A stretch of 64,000 bases of DNA from Mobula hypostoma. Taxonomy: Eukaryota. The notes under the pieces are model-generated. The model saw nothing but the letters and a program-made list of their open reading frames with translations, searched no databases and was not told where the DNA came from. A program made the position numbers and the translations under genes. Below, piece after piece: positions 48,383-62,049 of the stretch (position 1 is its first letter; the number at the start of each line of letters is the position of its first letter). The stretch is from positions 254,202,001 through 254,266,000 of the forward strand of contig NC_086097.1 in the NCBI RefSeq assembly GCF_963921235.1, read 5' to 3'.

Positions 48383-49742
48383 TCTGAAATATACATGAAG
48401 ACTTAACCTCCACAGCTGCCCCAGCAATGAATTCCACACCATTCTCTGGCTGAAGAAATACCTACACATCACCTTTCTGAGAGGACACCCCTCTATTCCG
48501 AGGCTGTGTCCTCTGGACTTAGAATCTCACATCTGAGGAAACATCCTCTTCACATCCACTCTATCAACGCCTTTCACGATTCAATAGGTTTCATTGTGGT
48601 CACCCCCTCATTCTTCTGAATTCCAGTGAACACAGGCCCAGAGTCATCAAGAGCTCTTCATATGACAAGCCATTTAATTCTGGAATAATTTTCATGAACT
48701 TCCTTTGAACCTTCTCTAGTTTCAGCACATCTTTTTTTAAGATATGGGGCCCAAAGCTGTTCACAATACTCCAAGTGAGACCATACCAGTGCTTTATAAA
48801 GTCACAGTATTACATCCTTGCTTTTATATTTCCAGAATATGTTATATGGTCATATAGTTATATGGTTAATAGGATAGGATTCCAATTCTACAAGAATAGG
48901 GTGGATTTGGCACATGAATGTGTGTCTGAGGAATTGGTTCAGGGGCAGGGTTTCAGAAATCTGGATCATTGGGATCTCTTCTGGGGAAGATCTGACCTGT
49001 ACAAAAAGGATGGGTTATACCTGAACCTGACGGGGAGCAATATCCTTGCAGGCAGGTTTGCTAAAGCTGTTTGAGAGGGTTTAAACTAATGTAGCAGGGG
49101 CATGGGAAGTGGAATGTTAGTGCTGAGGGTGAGGTAGTTGGTTTACAAATGGGCAGTGTGTAGAGAGAATGCTAGCAAGGACAGGCTGATGATATTACTG
49201 TTAATGAGATGTGTTTGGATGGATGGATGGCAGAGATTGAGTTTTATTAACCAAGCTTTGCTGAAGATGCTGGGCTCTGAAAAGGAAGCTGAGAAGAGAT
49301 ACTAGGGATGTGGGCCGGCCTAGTGAATGGGCAATTTGGAATGTTATTTGGAAAAATAATGCACCACAGTCTCATCTTGAGCAGTGACAATAAAGTTCTA
49401 TTCTGTAGAAACATAGGAATAAATAAAAAAGCATTTTGATGACATCTCTTCAGTTACATTCTCCAAACTTGTTATATTTATCACCAATGAACCTAGGGTT
49501 TGTTTGTCACAGTTCTGCTCAACTTTTCGAAACCTTTTTCCATCACACATTCCTTTGCCCTGTTTATACTGTAGAAATTCTCTGTCCTGGCTAACTGCAC
49601 TCTGTTGCTCAGCACACCGTTAAAACCAAGCAGCAACTAGATTAATCAGATGAGTTTACAGCTGATCTAGTCTTACTCTTCAAACTAATGCAAGTATTGA
49701 GCAATTGTACACCTTATCATTTGTCTTTTGTTTAATTTTCAG

Positions 49743-49777
49743 TATGGTGTTCTTGATCTGTGCTGCTTACCCTTCAG
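49743..49777 (+). CDS. Candidate 35-bp internal exon of the host gene
   Basis: Acceptor tttgtcttttgtttaattttcag| and donor CAG|gttcgt in unique DNA; open as YGVLDLCCLPF or (x)MVFLICAAYPS. Confidence 0.4.
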
Positions 49778-50197
49778 GTTCGTGTACGAGATTATTTTAA
49801 ACAAGTTTTATTTTAAGTATGTCAGAAATTGAGTACCTTTTAGGTTATTTAACTCATTTGATTCCATTTTGTAAGGGCCCTGTTTGCCAGCTTTTGATTT
49901 CTTCCATATCCTCCCCTGGACTTTTATAGAAATTTAGGAACTTGAATAATGCAAATTTCCTCATGTTTCTATTTACCTTCTTAAGTTCAAAGTAAATTTG
50001 TTACCTTGAGATTCAGTTTCTTGCAGTCATTCACAGCAGAACAAAGAAATCAATGAAAAGCTGCTCACAAACATAGACTGACAAAGAACCAATGTGCAAA
50101 AGGAGACTGACAGTGCAAATACATAAAAATACAAATAATAACAATTAATTAATAATACTGAGAGATGGGTTGTAGAGACTTTGAAAGTGAGTCTGTG

Positions 50198-52560
50198 CAT
50201 AGAAACATAGAAAATAGGTGCAAGAGTAGGCCATTCGGCCCTTCGAGCCTGCACCGCCATTCAGTATGATCATGGCTGAGAACAACTCAGAACCTTGTAC
50301 CAGCCTTCCCTCCGTACCCCCTGGTCCCTTTAACCACAAGGGCCAAATCTAACTCCCTCTTAAATATAGCCAATGAACTGGCCTCAACTGTTTCCTGTGG
50401 CAGAGAATTCCACAGATTCACCACTCTGTGTGAAGAAGCTTTTCCTAATCTCGGTTCTAAAAGGCTTCCCCTTTATCCTCAGACTGTGACCCCTCGTTCT
50501 GGACTTCCCCAACATCAGGAACAATCTTCCTGCATCTAACCTGTCCAATCCCTTTAGAATTTTATACGTTTCAATCAGATCCCCCCTCAATCTTCTAAAT
50601 TCCAACGAATATAAGCCTAGTTCATCCAGTCTTTCATCATATGAAAGTCCTGCCATCCCAGGAATCAATCTGGTGAACCTTCTTTATACTCCCTCTGTGG
50701 CAATCCATCTTTCCTCAGATTAGGGGACCAAAACTGCACACAATACTCCAGCTGTGGTCTCACCAAGGCCTTGTACAACTGTGGTAGTACCTCCCTGCTC
50801 CTGTACTCGAATCGTCTTGCTATGAATGCCAGCATACCATTCGCCTTTTTCACCGCCTGCTGTACCTGCATGTCCACTTTCAATGACTGGTGTATAATGA
50901 CACCCAGGTCTCGTTGCACCTCCCCTTTTCCTAATCGGCCACCATTCAGATAATAATCTGTTTTCCTGTTTTTGCCACCAAAGTGGATAACTTCACACTT
51001 ATCCACATTAAATTGCATCTGCCGTGAATTTGCCCACTCACCTAACCTATCCAAGTCACCCTGCATCCTCTTAGCATCCTCCTCACAGCTAACACTGCCG
51101 CCCAGCTTCGTGTCATCCGCAAACTTGGAGATGCTGCATTTAATTCCCTCATCCAAGTCATTAATATATATTGTAAACAACTGGGGTCCCAGCACTGAGC
51201 CTTGCGGTACCCCACTGGTCACTGCCTGCCATTCTGAAAAGGTCCCGTTTATTCCCACTCTTTGCTTCCTGTCTGCCAACCAATTCTCTATCCACATCAA
51301 TACCTTACCCCCAATACCGTGTGCTTTAAGTTTGCACACTAATCTCCTGTGTGGGACCTTGTCAAAAGCCTTTTGAAAATCCAAATATACCACATCCACT
51401 GGTTCTCCCCTATACACTCTACTAGTTACATCCTCAAAAAATTCTATGAGATTCGTCAGTCATGATTTTCCTTTCACAAATCCATGCTGACTTTGTCCAA
51501 TGATTTCACCGCTTTCCAAATGTGCTGTTATCACATCTTTGATAACTGACTCTAGCAGTTTCCCCACCACCGATGTTAGGCTAACCGGTCTATAATTCCC
51601 TGGTTTCTCTCTCCCTCCTTTTTGAAAAAGTGGGGTTACATTAGCCACCCTCCAATCCTCAGGAACTAGTCCAGAATCTAAAGAGTTTTGAAAAATTATC
51701 ACTAATGCATCCACTATTTCTTGGGCTACTTCCTTAAGCACTCTGGGATGCAGACCATCTGGCCCTGGGGATTTATCTGCCTTTAATCCCTTCAATTTAC
51801 CTAACACCACTTCCCTACTAACATGTATTTCCCTCAGTTCGTCCATCTCACTGGACCCTCTGTCCCCTACTATTTCCGGAAGATTATTTATGTCCTCCTT
51901 AGTGAAGACAGAACCAAAGTAATTATTCAATTGGCCTGCCATGTCCTTGCTCCCCATAATCAATTCACCTGTTTCTGTCTGTAGGGGACCTACATTTGTC
52001 TTAACCAGTCTTTTCCTTTTTACATATCTATAAAAGCTTTTACAGTCAGTTTTTATGTTCCCTGCTAGTTTTCTCTCATAATCTTTTTTCCCCTTCCTAA
52101 TTAAGCCCTTTGTCCTCCTCTGCTGAACTCTGAATTTCTCCCAGTTCTCAGGTGAGCCACTTTTTCTGGCTAATTTGTATGCTTCTTCTTTGGAATTGAT
52201 ACTATCCCTAATTTCTCTTGTCAGCCACGGGTGCACTACCTTCCTTGATTTATTCTTTTGCCAAACTGGGATGAACAATTGTTGTAGCTCATCCATGCGA
52301 TCTTTAAATGCTTGCCATTGCATATCCACCGTCAACCCTTTTAAGTGTCATTTGCCAGTCTATCTTAGCTAATTCACGTCTCATACCTTCAAAGTTACCC
52401 TTCTTTAAGTTCAGAACCTTTGTTTCTGAATTAACTATGTCACTCTCCATGTTAATGAAGAATTCCACCATATTATGGTCACTCTTACCCAAGGGGCCTC
52501 TCATGACAAGATTGCTAATTAACCCTTCCTCATTGCTCAATACCCAGTCTAGAATAGCCT
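50198..52560 (-). mobile_element. Young 5'-truncated CR1-C (2.4 kb) with a few frameshifts
   Basis: ORFs 52304-52576, 51460-52335, 50665-51417 and 50384-50668 cover the EN end through RT; GTTTCTAT tail. Confidence 0.95.
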
Positions 52561-53085
52561 GAGGATATAACAGCATTGGTGAAGGTTATTAAAGAGGTAC
52601 AGAGATGAGGCTGGAACTGAGAACTTTTTATCTGTAAGAAAAGTGGTTTGGGATAGGTTTATCCCATTGAGGCAGAGAAAGGATGGTAGGGTGTAGGAAC
52701 CATGAGTAACAAGAGCGTCTAATCCAGATGAAAGGTGACTTGATAGAGGTGTATAATAGGGTAGGAGGCATAGACCAAGTGGATAAAAGAGATAATTCAA
52801 TGACCCAGAGGTGTGGGATTCCTGTCTTGAAATGTTCTGCCTGAATGCACTGCTTGCTGCATTGTTGGGTTTCCACTGAAGAATGCTGACGTAAGTTGTT
52901 CAGGAAAAGTGATCAATCCGATCCATAAGCAAATTCTGTTTGAAATTTGATTTTGAATTCAGAACAGAAAATGCTGGCTGAGTTGGGCATGCCTGTGGAG
53001 ACTGAAACTCAGCTAACATTTCAGACTCACGCACACAATGCTGGAGGAACTGAGCAGGTCAGGCAACATCTCTGGAGAGGAACAA

Positions 53086-53422
53086 ACACTGGAGTTAGAT
53101 TCCAAGAGGGGGAATTTCTAGAGTGCCGATGAGATGGCTTTTTAGAGCAGTTCATGATTGAGCCCACCAGGGGATCAGCTATTTTGGATTCGATGTTGTG
53201 CAACGAACTGGAATTGATTAAAGAGTTTAAGGTAAAAGAACCCTTAGGGGCAAGTGACCATAATGTAATCGAATTCACCCTGAAATTTGAGAAGAAGCTG
53301 AAGTCTGAGGTATCAGCATTACAGTAGAGTAAAGGGAATTACAAAGGCATGAGAGAGGAGTTGACCAGAATTGATTGGGAAAGAACACCGGCAGGGATGA
53401 TGGCAGAGCAGCAATTGCTGGA
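53086..53422 (+). mobile_element. CR1 EN fragment, preceded by PLE-end remnants (about 52960-53085)
   Basis: EPTRGSAILD...EPLGASDHNVIEF; upstream aatgctggaggaactgagcaggtcaggcaacatc. Confidence 0.75.
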
Positions 53423-53536
53423 ATATATTATATTGACTATCCTGTTGGACATAATCTTTATTATAAATTACTATAATTGCACATTTAGACGGAGACGTTA
53501 TGTAAAAGTTTTTACTCCGCATGTATATGACGGATG

Positions 53537-56500
53537 TAGAAACATAGAAAACCTACAGCACAATACAGGCCCTTCGGCCCACAAAGTTGTGCTGAACATG
53601 TCCTTACCTTAGAAATTACCTAGGGTTACCCATAGCCCTCTGTTTTTTTGAGCTCCATATACCTGTCCAGGAGTCTCTTAAGAGACTCTATCGTATCTGC
53701 CTCCAGTACCATCACCGGCAGCCTATTCCACGCACTCACCACTCTCTGCATAAAAAACGTACCCCTGACATCTCCTCTGTACCTACTCCCCAGCACCTTA
53801 AACCTGTGTCCTTTTGTGGCAACCATTTCAGCCCTGGGAAAAAGCCTCTGACTATCCACACGATCAATCCTTTTCATCATCTTGTACACCTCTATCAGGT
53901 CACCTCTCGTCCTCCATTGCTCCAACAAAAAAAGGCCAAGTTCACTCATACTGTTCTCATAAGGCATGCTCCCCAATCCAGACAACATCCTTATAAATCT
54001 CCTCTGCACCTTTTCTATGGTTTCCAGATCCTTCCGATAGTGAGGCGACCAGAACTGAGCACAGTACTCCCAAGTGGGGCCTAACCGGGGTCCTATATAG
54101 ATGCAACATTACCTCTCGGATCTTAAACTCAATCCCACAATCGATTAAAGAACAGTATGCTTTCTTAACCACAGAGTCAACCTGCGCAGCAGCTTTGAGT
54201 ATCCTGTGGACTCGGACCCCAAGATCTCTCTAATCCACTATGCTGCCAAGAGTCTTACCATTAATATGATATTCTGCCATCATATTTGACCTACCAAAAT
54301 GAACCACCTCACACTTATCAAGGTTGAACTCCATCTGCCACTTCTCAGCCCAGTTTTTCATCCTATCAATGTCCCACTGTAACCTCTGACAGCTCTCCAG
54401 ACTATCCACAACACCCCCAACCTTTGTGTCATCTGCAAAATTACTAACCCACCCCTCCACTTCTTCATCCAGGTCATTTATAAAAATCACGAAGAGAAGG
54501 GGTCCCAGAACAGACCACTGGTGATCGGCCTCCGTGCATAATATGACCCGTCTACCATCACACTTTGCCTCCTGTGGGCAAGCCAGTTCTGGATTCACAA
54601 AGCAATGTCCCCTTGGATCCCATGCCTCCTTATTTTCTCAATAAGCCTTGCATGGGGTACCTTATCAAATGCCTTGCTAAAATCCATATACACTACATCT
54701 ACTGATCTACTTTCATTAATGTGTTTAGTCTAGTCCTCAAAAAATTCAATCAGGTTCATAAGGCACGACCTGCCTTTGACAAAGCCATGCTAGCTATTCC
54801 TAATCATTTTATGCCTCTCCAAATGTTCATAAGTCCTGCCTCTGAGGATCTTCTCCATCAATTTACCAACCACAGAAGTAAGACTCACTGGTCCATAATT
54901 TCCTGGGCTATCTCTACTCCCTTTCAGAATCAGAAACAGGTTTATCATCACTGGCATGTGACATGAAATTTGTTAACTTAGCAGCAGCAGAGAGAGAGAG
55001 AAAAAAATAATAATAAATAAAATAAAACATAATAAAACAGAAATAATGTATATCAAAAAATGTGAGGTAGTGTCCAAAGCTTCAAAGTCCATTTAGGAAT
55101 CGGATGGCAGAGGGGAAGAAGCTGTTCCTGAATCGCTGAGTGTGTGCCTCCAGGTTTCTGTACCTCCTACCTGATGGTAACAGTGAGAAAAATGCATGCC
55201 CTGGGTGCTGGAGGTTTTTAATCATGGACGCTGCCTTACTGAGACACCGCTTCCTAAAGATGTCCTGGATACTTTGTAGGCTAGTAATAATAAATATTTC
55301 TTGAATCGTTCTTGAATAATGGAACAACAGCCGCAACCCTCCAATCCTTCAGAACATCTCCTGTCCCCATTGATGATGCAAAGATCATCTCCAGAGGCTC
55401 AGCAATCTCCACCCTCACCTCCCACAGTAGCCTAGGGTACATCTCGTCCAGTCCTGGTGACTTACCCAACTTGATGCTTTCCAAAATCTCCAGCACACCC
55501 TCTTTCTTTACATCTACATGGTCAAGCTTTTCTGTCCACTGAAGTCATCCCTACAATCGCCAAGATCCTTTTCCGTACTGAGTACTGAAGCGAAGTACTT
55601 ATTAAGTACCTCTGCTATCTCCTCTGGTTCCATACACACTTTTCCACTGTCACACTTGATTGGTCCTATTCTCTCATGTCTTATCCTCTTGCTCTTCACA
55701 TACTTGTAGAATGTCTTGGGTTTTCCCCTAATCCTCTCCAGCAAGGCCTTCTCATGGCCCCTTCTAGCTTTCCTAATTTCTTTCTTAACCTCCTTTCTGC
55801 TAGCCTTATAATCTTCTAGATCTCTATCATTACCTAGTTTTTTGAACCTTTCGTAAGCTCTCCTTTTCTTCTTGACTAGATTTACAATAGCCTTTGTACA
55901 CCACGGTTCCTGTACCCTGCGATCCTTTCCCTGTCTCATTGGAACGTACTTATGCAGAACTCCACGCAAGTACCCCCTGAACATTTGCCACATTTCTTCC
56001 ATACATTTCTCTGAGAACATCTGTCCCAATTTATGCTTCCAAGTTCCTGCCTGATAGCTTCATATTTCCCCTTACTGAAATTAAATGCTTTCCTAACTTG
56101 TCTGTTCCTATCCCTCTCCAATGCTATGGGATAGGAGATAGAATTGTGATCACTATCTCCAAAATGTTCTCCCACTGAGACACCTGACCTCTGACCAGGT
56201 TCATTTCCCAATACCAAATCAAGTACCGCCTCTCCTCTTGTAGGCTTATCTACATATTGTGTCAAAAACCTTGAACGTACCTAACAAACTCCACCCCATC
56301 TTAACCCCTGGCTCTATTATTACACTTTTCCAGAATCTGTCTCCCTATTTGCTCCTTGATGTCCCTGTTACTGTTGGGTGGTCTATAATAAACACCTAGT
56401 AGAGTCATTCACCCCTTCCTGTTCCTAACCTCCACCCACAGAGACTCCGTAGACAATCCCTCCATGACGTCCTCCTTTTCTGCAGCCGTGACACTATCTC

Positions 56501-57355
56501 TGATCAACAGTGCCACACCCCCACCTCTTTTGCCTCTCTCCCTGTCCTTTCTGAAACATCTAAAGCCTGGCACTCGAAGTGACCATTCCTGTCCCTGAGC
56601 CATTCAAATCTCTGTAATGGCCACAACATCATAGCTCCAAGTACTGATCCACACTCTAAGCTCATTGGCTTTGTTCATAATACTCCTTGCATTAAAATAG
56701 ACACATCTCAAACCGTCAGTCTGAGCGCGTCCCTTCTCTATCACCTGCCTATCCTCCTTCTTGCACTTGTCTCCAAACTTTCTCTATTTGTGAGCCAACT
56801 GCCTCTTCCTCCGTCTCTTCAGTTCAGTTCCCACCTCCCAGTAGTCCTAGTTTAAACTCTCCCCAATAGCCTTAGCAAACCTCCCCACCAGGATATTGGT
56901 CCCCCTGGGATTCAAGTGCAACCCGTCCTTTTTATACAGGTCACTCCTGCCCCAAGAGAGGTCAAGACCTCCTCCTTTTTCCTGCCCATATTGTTGGTAC
57001 CAATATGTACCACGACCTCTGGCTGTTCTCCTTCCCACTTCAGGATATCGTGGACGCGATCAGAAAAATTCCGAACCCTGGCACCTGGGAGGGAAACTAC
57101 CATCCGTACTTCTTTCCTGCGTCCACAGAATCGCTTGTGACCCCATAACTATAGAGTCCCCTATCACTGCTGCCATCCTCTTCCTTTCCCTACCCTTCTG
57201 ACAGGGCCAGACTGTGTGCCACTGTTGCTTCCCTCAGGTAGGCTGTCCACTCCCTCAAGCAGGAGTACTTATTGTCAAGGGTTACAGCCACAGGGTGCTC
57301 TCTAGCATCTGAGCCCTGCCCTTTCCTCTCCTGACTGTTACCCATGTATCTGTCT
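53537..57355 (-). mobile_element. Long CR1-B (ORF1 remnant through 3' tail), degraded
   Basis: Ordered ORFs 56912-57103 (ORF1), 56409-56603, 55936-56265, 55514-56029, 55281-55496, 54230-54598 and 53626-54009. Confidence 0.92.
54925..55286 (-). mobile_element. Short Rex-type 3' end nested in CR1-B
   Basis: LLPSGRRYRNLEAHTQRFRNSFFPSAIRFLN and a GATTCT tail. Confidence 0.9.
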
Positions 57356-57409
57356 CATGTAAGTAATAAGGTCAATTGAATGCACTTTGGTTGAAGAAAT
57401 GAAAGAGTT

Positions 57410-58267
57410 GGCTATTTTCTAAATGGAGAGAAAATACAAAAAACAAAGATGCAAAGGGTCTTGGGAGTCGTTGTGCGGGATTCCCTAAAGGTTTATTTGC
57501 AAATTGACTCTGTGGTAAGAAACGTTAGCAATCATTTCAAGGGGACTAGAATATCAAAGCAAGGATGTCATGTTGAAGATTTATACATCACTGGTGAGGC
57601 CTCACTTAGAGTACTGTGAGTAGTTCTGGGCCCCTTTCCTGGGAAAGGATGTGCTGAAACTGGAAAGGTTTCAAAGGAGGTTCACAAAAATGATTCCAGG
57701 ATTGAATAGCTTGTCATATGAAGAGTGTTTGATGGCTCTGGGCCTGTATTCAGTAGAATTCAGAATAATGAGGCGTGACCTCATTTTGAGGGAAGAGAAG
57801 TGAGAGCAGTTACTATTAGAAGGGAGAAGGTGCTCAAAAAGCTGAAAGACATAAGGGTACATAAGTCACCCGGACCAGATGAACTGCTCCCTAGGGTTCT
57901 GAAAGAGTTAGTAGTAGGAATTGTGGAGGTATTATTAATGATCTTTCAAGAATCATTGGACTCTGGTGTGCTGCCAGGGCACTGGAAAATTGCAAATGTC
58001 ACTCCACTCTTCAAAAAGGAGGAAGGCATCAAAAAGGAAATTACACACTAGTTAGCCTGACCTCAGTGGTTGGGAAGATGTTGGAGTCAATTGTTAAGGA
58101 TGAGGTTATGGAGTACTTGGTGACACAGGACAAGATAGGACAAAGTCAGCATGGTTTCCTTAAGATATTGGGGCTGAGAAGGAAATTGGATTAGCCACGA
58201 TGAAGTGGCAGAGCAGACTTGACGGACCAAATGGCCTAATTTTGCTCCTATATCTTACGGTCTTATG
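57410..58267 (+). mobile_element. Two interleaved CR1 RT fragments
   Basis: LVRPHLEYC region, then KSPGPD...WKIANVTPLFKK (57786-58165), then a CR1 tail. Confidence 0.8.
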
Positions 58268-59108
58268 CTCTCTTTCACTGCTGCTATCAGAAAGAAAGCA
58301 CAGAAGTCTCAGGACTAACACCACCAGGTTCAGAAATAGTTATTACCCCTCAACCATCAACCAAAGGGTATAACTTCACCCCATCACTGAAATGTTTCCT
58401 CAATTTATGATTCACTTTCATCTCATGTTCTCAATGTTTATTATTATTTATTATTACTTATTTATTATTATTTTGATTGATTGTTTTTTATTTTGCTTCT
58501 TTGTACTTACCATAAATGCCTGTAAGAAAATGAATCTCAGGGTTGTATATGGTGACATATATGTACTTTGATAATAAATTTATTTTGAACTGTAAGCTTA
58601 TTATCTTGCTTCAATTTCACTGTCAGTGAATATACAAAACACAAGAACAGCAGGTAAAATGTGCAGTACTAATGTAGCTTCATAGTAATAAATAATTGAA
58701 GACATTCTGTACTTGGACTCACTTTACACTGCACGCTGTCGGAGCAGTGCTGCCAGGATAATCAAGGACACGACCCACCCAGCCAACACACTTTTTGTTC
58801 CTCTTCCCTCTGGGAGAAGGCTCAGGAGCTTGAAGACTCGTACGGCCAGATTTGGGAACAGCTTCTTTCCAACTGTGATAAGACTGCTGAACGGATCCTG
58901 ACCCGGATCTGGGCTGTACCCTCCAAATGTCCGGACCTGCCTCTCGGTTTTTTTGTCCTACCTTACTTTCCATTTTCTATTTATGATTTATAATTTAAAT
59001 TTTTAATATTTACTATCAATTTGTAATCTAGGGAGCAGTAAGCGCAGAATCAATTATCGCTATGATGATTGTACGTTCTAGTATCAATTGTTTGGCGACA
59101 ATGAAGTA
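58268..59108 (+). mobile_element. Two Rex-type 3' ends (58268-58590 and 58715-59108)
   Basis: RFRNSYYP; PLPSGRRLRSLKTRTARFGNSFFPTVIRLLN. Confidence 0.8.
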
Positions 59109-59281
59109 TTCATGTTCCATATTTTGAATAATTGTTTTTTCTTTCTACAAAGACAAAAATAAAAGCCTCATCCAGAATGTGTTTTGTTGATACATTTTGT
59201 TAAGAGATTGAACTGGAAACCATCTCAAAACCTCAAACTCTAATGGACTATTTTGATAAAGTTTTCTTTTTCTGATTCCAG

Positions 59282-59438
59282 GTGATGCATTTGATGTCCT
59301 GACATTTCCATTCTTCACCTCTTACAGATTTCATAGTGGTTGTTGTGCCAGGTAATGAAATGGTTCTGTCTTCCTCACTCAACATAGACACATTGGTTCC
59401 TTCATAAGTAATATTCTCAAAGAGCTGGATCGATATCC
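59282..59438 (+). CDS. Cluster of alternative candidate host exons (59282-59351, 59328-59351 or 59388-59438)
   Basis: Acceptors tttttctgattccag|, ttcttcacctcttacag| and ctgtcttcctcactcaacatag|; donors CAG|gtaatg and CC|gtaagc. 59388-59438 reads HIGSFISNILKELDRYP. Confidence 0.35.
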
Positions 59439-60177
59439 GTAAGCACTGTTCTATTTATGAATGTGAAAGCCAATGACTTCACTGCATACTGTGGATATTC
59501 ATTAAGAAAACTATTTCAGATATTTTAATTGTGGCCTTTCCTGTGTCCAGTGAAACTCTGTTACAAAAATTATTCATAAAGTTTAAAGTTGACCATGTAG
59601 CCTTTCATGAAAACAAGAGATTCTGTTGATGCTAGAAACCCAGGCAAAAAAACAAACTGCTGGAATATCTCTGCAGCTCAGGCAGCGTCTATGAAAAGCA
59701 ATAAAAGAGTTGATGTTTTGTGCCAAGACCTTTCATCATTCTGTTCCTAATTCTGTTCCTACGTCTTATGGTCTTATCATTCTGGAGCGTATTGAGTCCC
59801 AGAAGAAAAAGAATTTCAGGATCTATATTGTATACATTTCTCTGACATTAAATGTACCTATTTTGATATATTTAATTTTCCTTGTATTGTAAACAGATGT
59901 GAAATATTCTGTATGGCAAACATGAATAACTTATAATTAGAGTAAAAGTCTATAGACGTCAGCACTCTTCAATTGCATTGGAATGAATAAATATAAATAA
60001 ATTAAAATAATCTGAATCATAAGGCCAGTGAAATGCAGTTAAACTGACAGTCAATGCCATTCTTGTAGAAAGTAAATTTATTATCAAGGTACACCTATGT
60101 CACCATATACAACGCTGAGATTCATTTTCTTGCAGGAATTCACAACTGATACAAAGAAACCCAATATATCAATGAAA

Positions 60178-60488
60178 ACATAGAAACATAGAAAATAGGT
60201 GCAGGAGTAGGCCATTCGGCCCTTCGAGCCTGCACCGCCATTTATTATGATCATGGCTGATCATCCAACTCAGAACCCTGCACCAGCCTTCCCTCCATAC
60301 CCCCTGATCCCCGTAGCCACAAGGGCCATATCTAACTCCCTCTTAAATATAGCCAGTGAACTGGCCTCAACTGTTTCCTGTGGCAGAGAATTCCACAGAT
60401 TCACCACTCTCTGTGTGAAGAAGTTTTTCCTAATCTCGGTCCTAAAAGGCTTCCCCTTTATCCTCAATCTGTGACCCCTTGTTCTGGA
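60178..60488 (-). mobile_element. Short young CR1-C 3' end
   Basis: Near-identical to 29295-29600 and 50198-50503. Confidence 0.92.
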
Positions 60489-60615
60489 AAGCTCCATACA
60501 AAGATTGATAAATAACCAATGTACAAGAGAAGATGGACAGTACAAATACAAAAAGCAACATAACAAATAATTAATACTGAGAACGTGAGTTGTAGAGCCT
60601 TTGAAAGTGAGTCTG

Positions 60616-61450
60616 TAAGATATAGGAACAGAATGAGACCATTCAGTCCATCGAGTCTTGATCTGCCATTCCATCATGGCTGATTTATTATCCCTCTCAA
60701 CACCATTCTCCTGTCTTCTCCTTGTAACCTTTGACACTCTGACTAATCAAGATCTTATCAGCCTCTGTAAATGTACCCAATGACTTGACCTCCGCCGCTG
60801 TCTGTGGCAATGGATTCCACAGATCCACCACCCTCTGCAAAGGTGAGGAGGCCCTGCAGAGAGATTTTAGAGAGTTATGGAGAAAGCTGAGATGTGGGAC
60901 CTCCAGAGTAGTAATCTCTGGGTTGCTGCCTGTGCCACGTGTCAGTGGGGGTAAGAGTAGGATGATTTGGCAGATGAAAGCGTGGCTGAGCAACTGTGCA
61001 AGGCGCAGGGGTTCAGATTTCTCGATCATTGGGATTTTTTCTGGGGAAGGTATGATGTGTGCACAAGGGGGAACAATATCCTTTCGAATAGGTTTGCTAG
61101 AGCTGTTGGGGAGGGTTTCAGCTAATTCGGCAGAGAGATGGGAATGGGAGTGATCAAGCTGAGGATGGGGTAGGTGGTTTACAAACAGAAGCAGTGTGTA
61201 GTGAAACTGGTAGCAAGGAGGGGCTGATGGTAGGGTAAAACTGCAGTCAACAGGATGAGTTACAATGTAAAAGGCAGGCAAAATCAAAAAGGGTGAATAC
61301 AGGACTGAAGGTGTTATATTTGAATGCACGCAGTATACAGAATATGGCAGATGAACTTGTAACACAGTTATAGTTTGGTATGTATGACTTTGTGAGCTTC
61401 ACTGAATCGTGGCTGAAAGAAGATTATAGCTGGGAGCTTAACATCCAAGA
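60616..61450. mobile_element. CR1 3' tail (-, 60616-60835) next to a CR1 ORF1/EN fragment (+, 60836-61450)
   Basis: QRVVDLWNPLPQ; RVVISGLLPVPR; TESWLKEDYSWELNIQ. Confidence 0.8.
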
Positions 61451-62049
61451 GTTCTTTCCCTTTCATTTCCAGAATTATTCTTGTGAACCTCCTATGGACA
61501 CTCTAATGGCACCATATCTTTTATTCAATAAGTGGCCCAAAACTGCTCAGAATACTCCCAAGGGCAGTCTGACTTTAAAAGCCATAGATCATCTATTGTG
61601 TATTGCTGTTTTCTGAACTTATGTGGTAATTGTTTGGAAAGCATTGATTGGTGTTTTGTTTAATCTGTGCATGTTCCTTGTTTGCCCCTTTGTATCAGTG
61701 TCAGATATTTGTTATAACTGTCCAATTAGTCTCACTCCTTGGCCTATCCCCTTAGCCCTACAATTCTTTATCCTTTCAACAATTCATTCTATTCCTCTGA
61801 TATTTTCTGTTGAGTCAGCCTGTGTATTTCAAATTAAAATCACAGTGTATTCAAAGCAATTCCTCATGTCACAGATTTTTTTTTTGTTAATCCAGGTACT
61901 GATCATTCTTTCTTTCTTTCTTGTTCGGAATTGTTTCATTCTTTCAATTTCTCCCTTTTTAATCCAACGAAACCATTTGTGATTATCAACACCACCAACA
62001 TTTCCCACTAACACTTCCCTGCTCCATTAGGAAGGCAAAATGGGAGCAT

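Larger units (their letters stand above)
47040..49195 (+). mobile_element. CR1 ORF1 fragment (47040-47440, 48890-49195) split by a minus CR1 3' end (47445-47608, 48383-48832)
   Basis: Esterase motifs on both sides (HIGTNG; HWDLFWGRSDLYKKDGL). Confidence 0.8.

Noticed and set aside
59253..59450. Minus-strand open stretch IQLFENITYEG...KSVRG, vaguely like a beta/gamma-crystallin motif
   Set aside because: Weak acceptor, incomplete motif, and it conflicts with better + strand splice signals.
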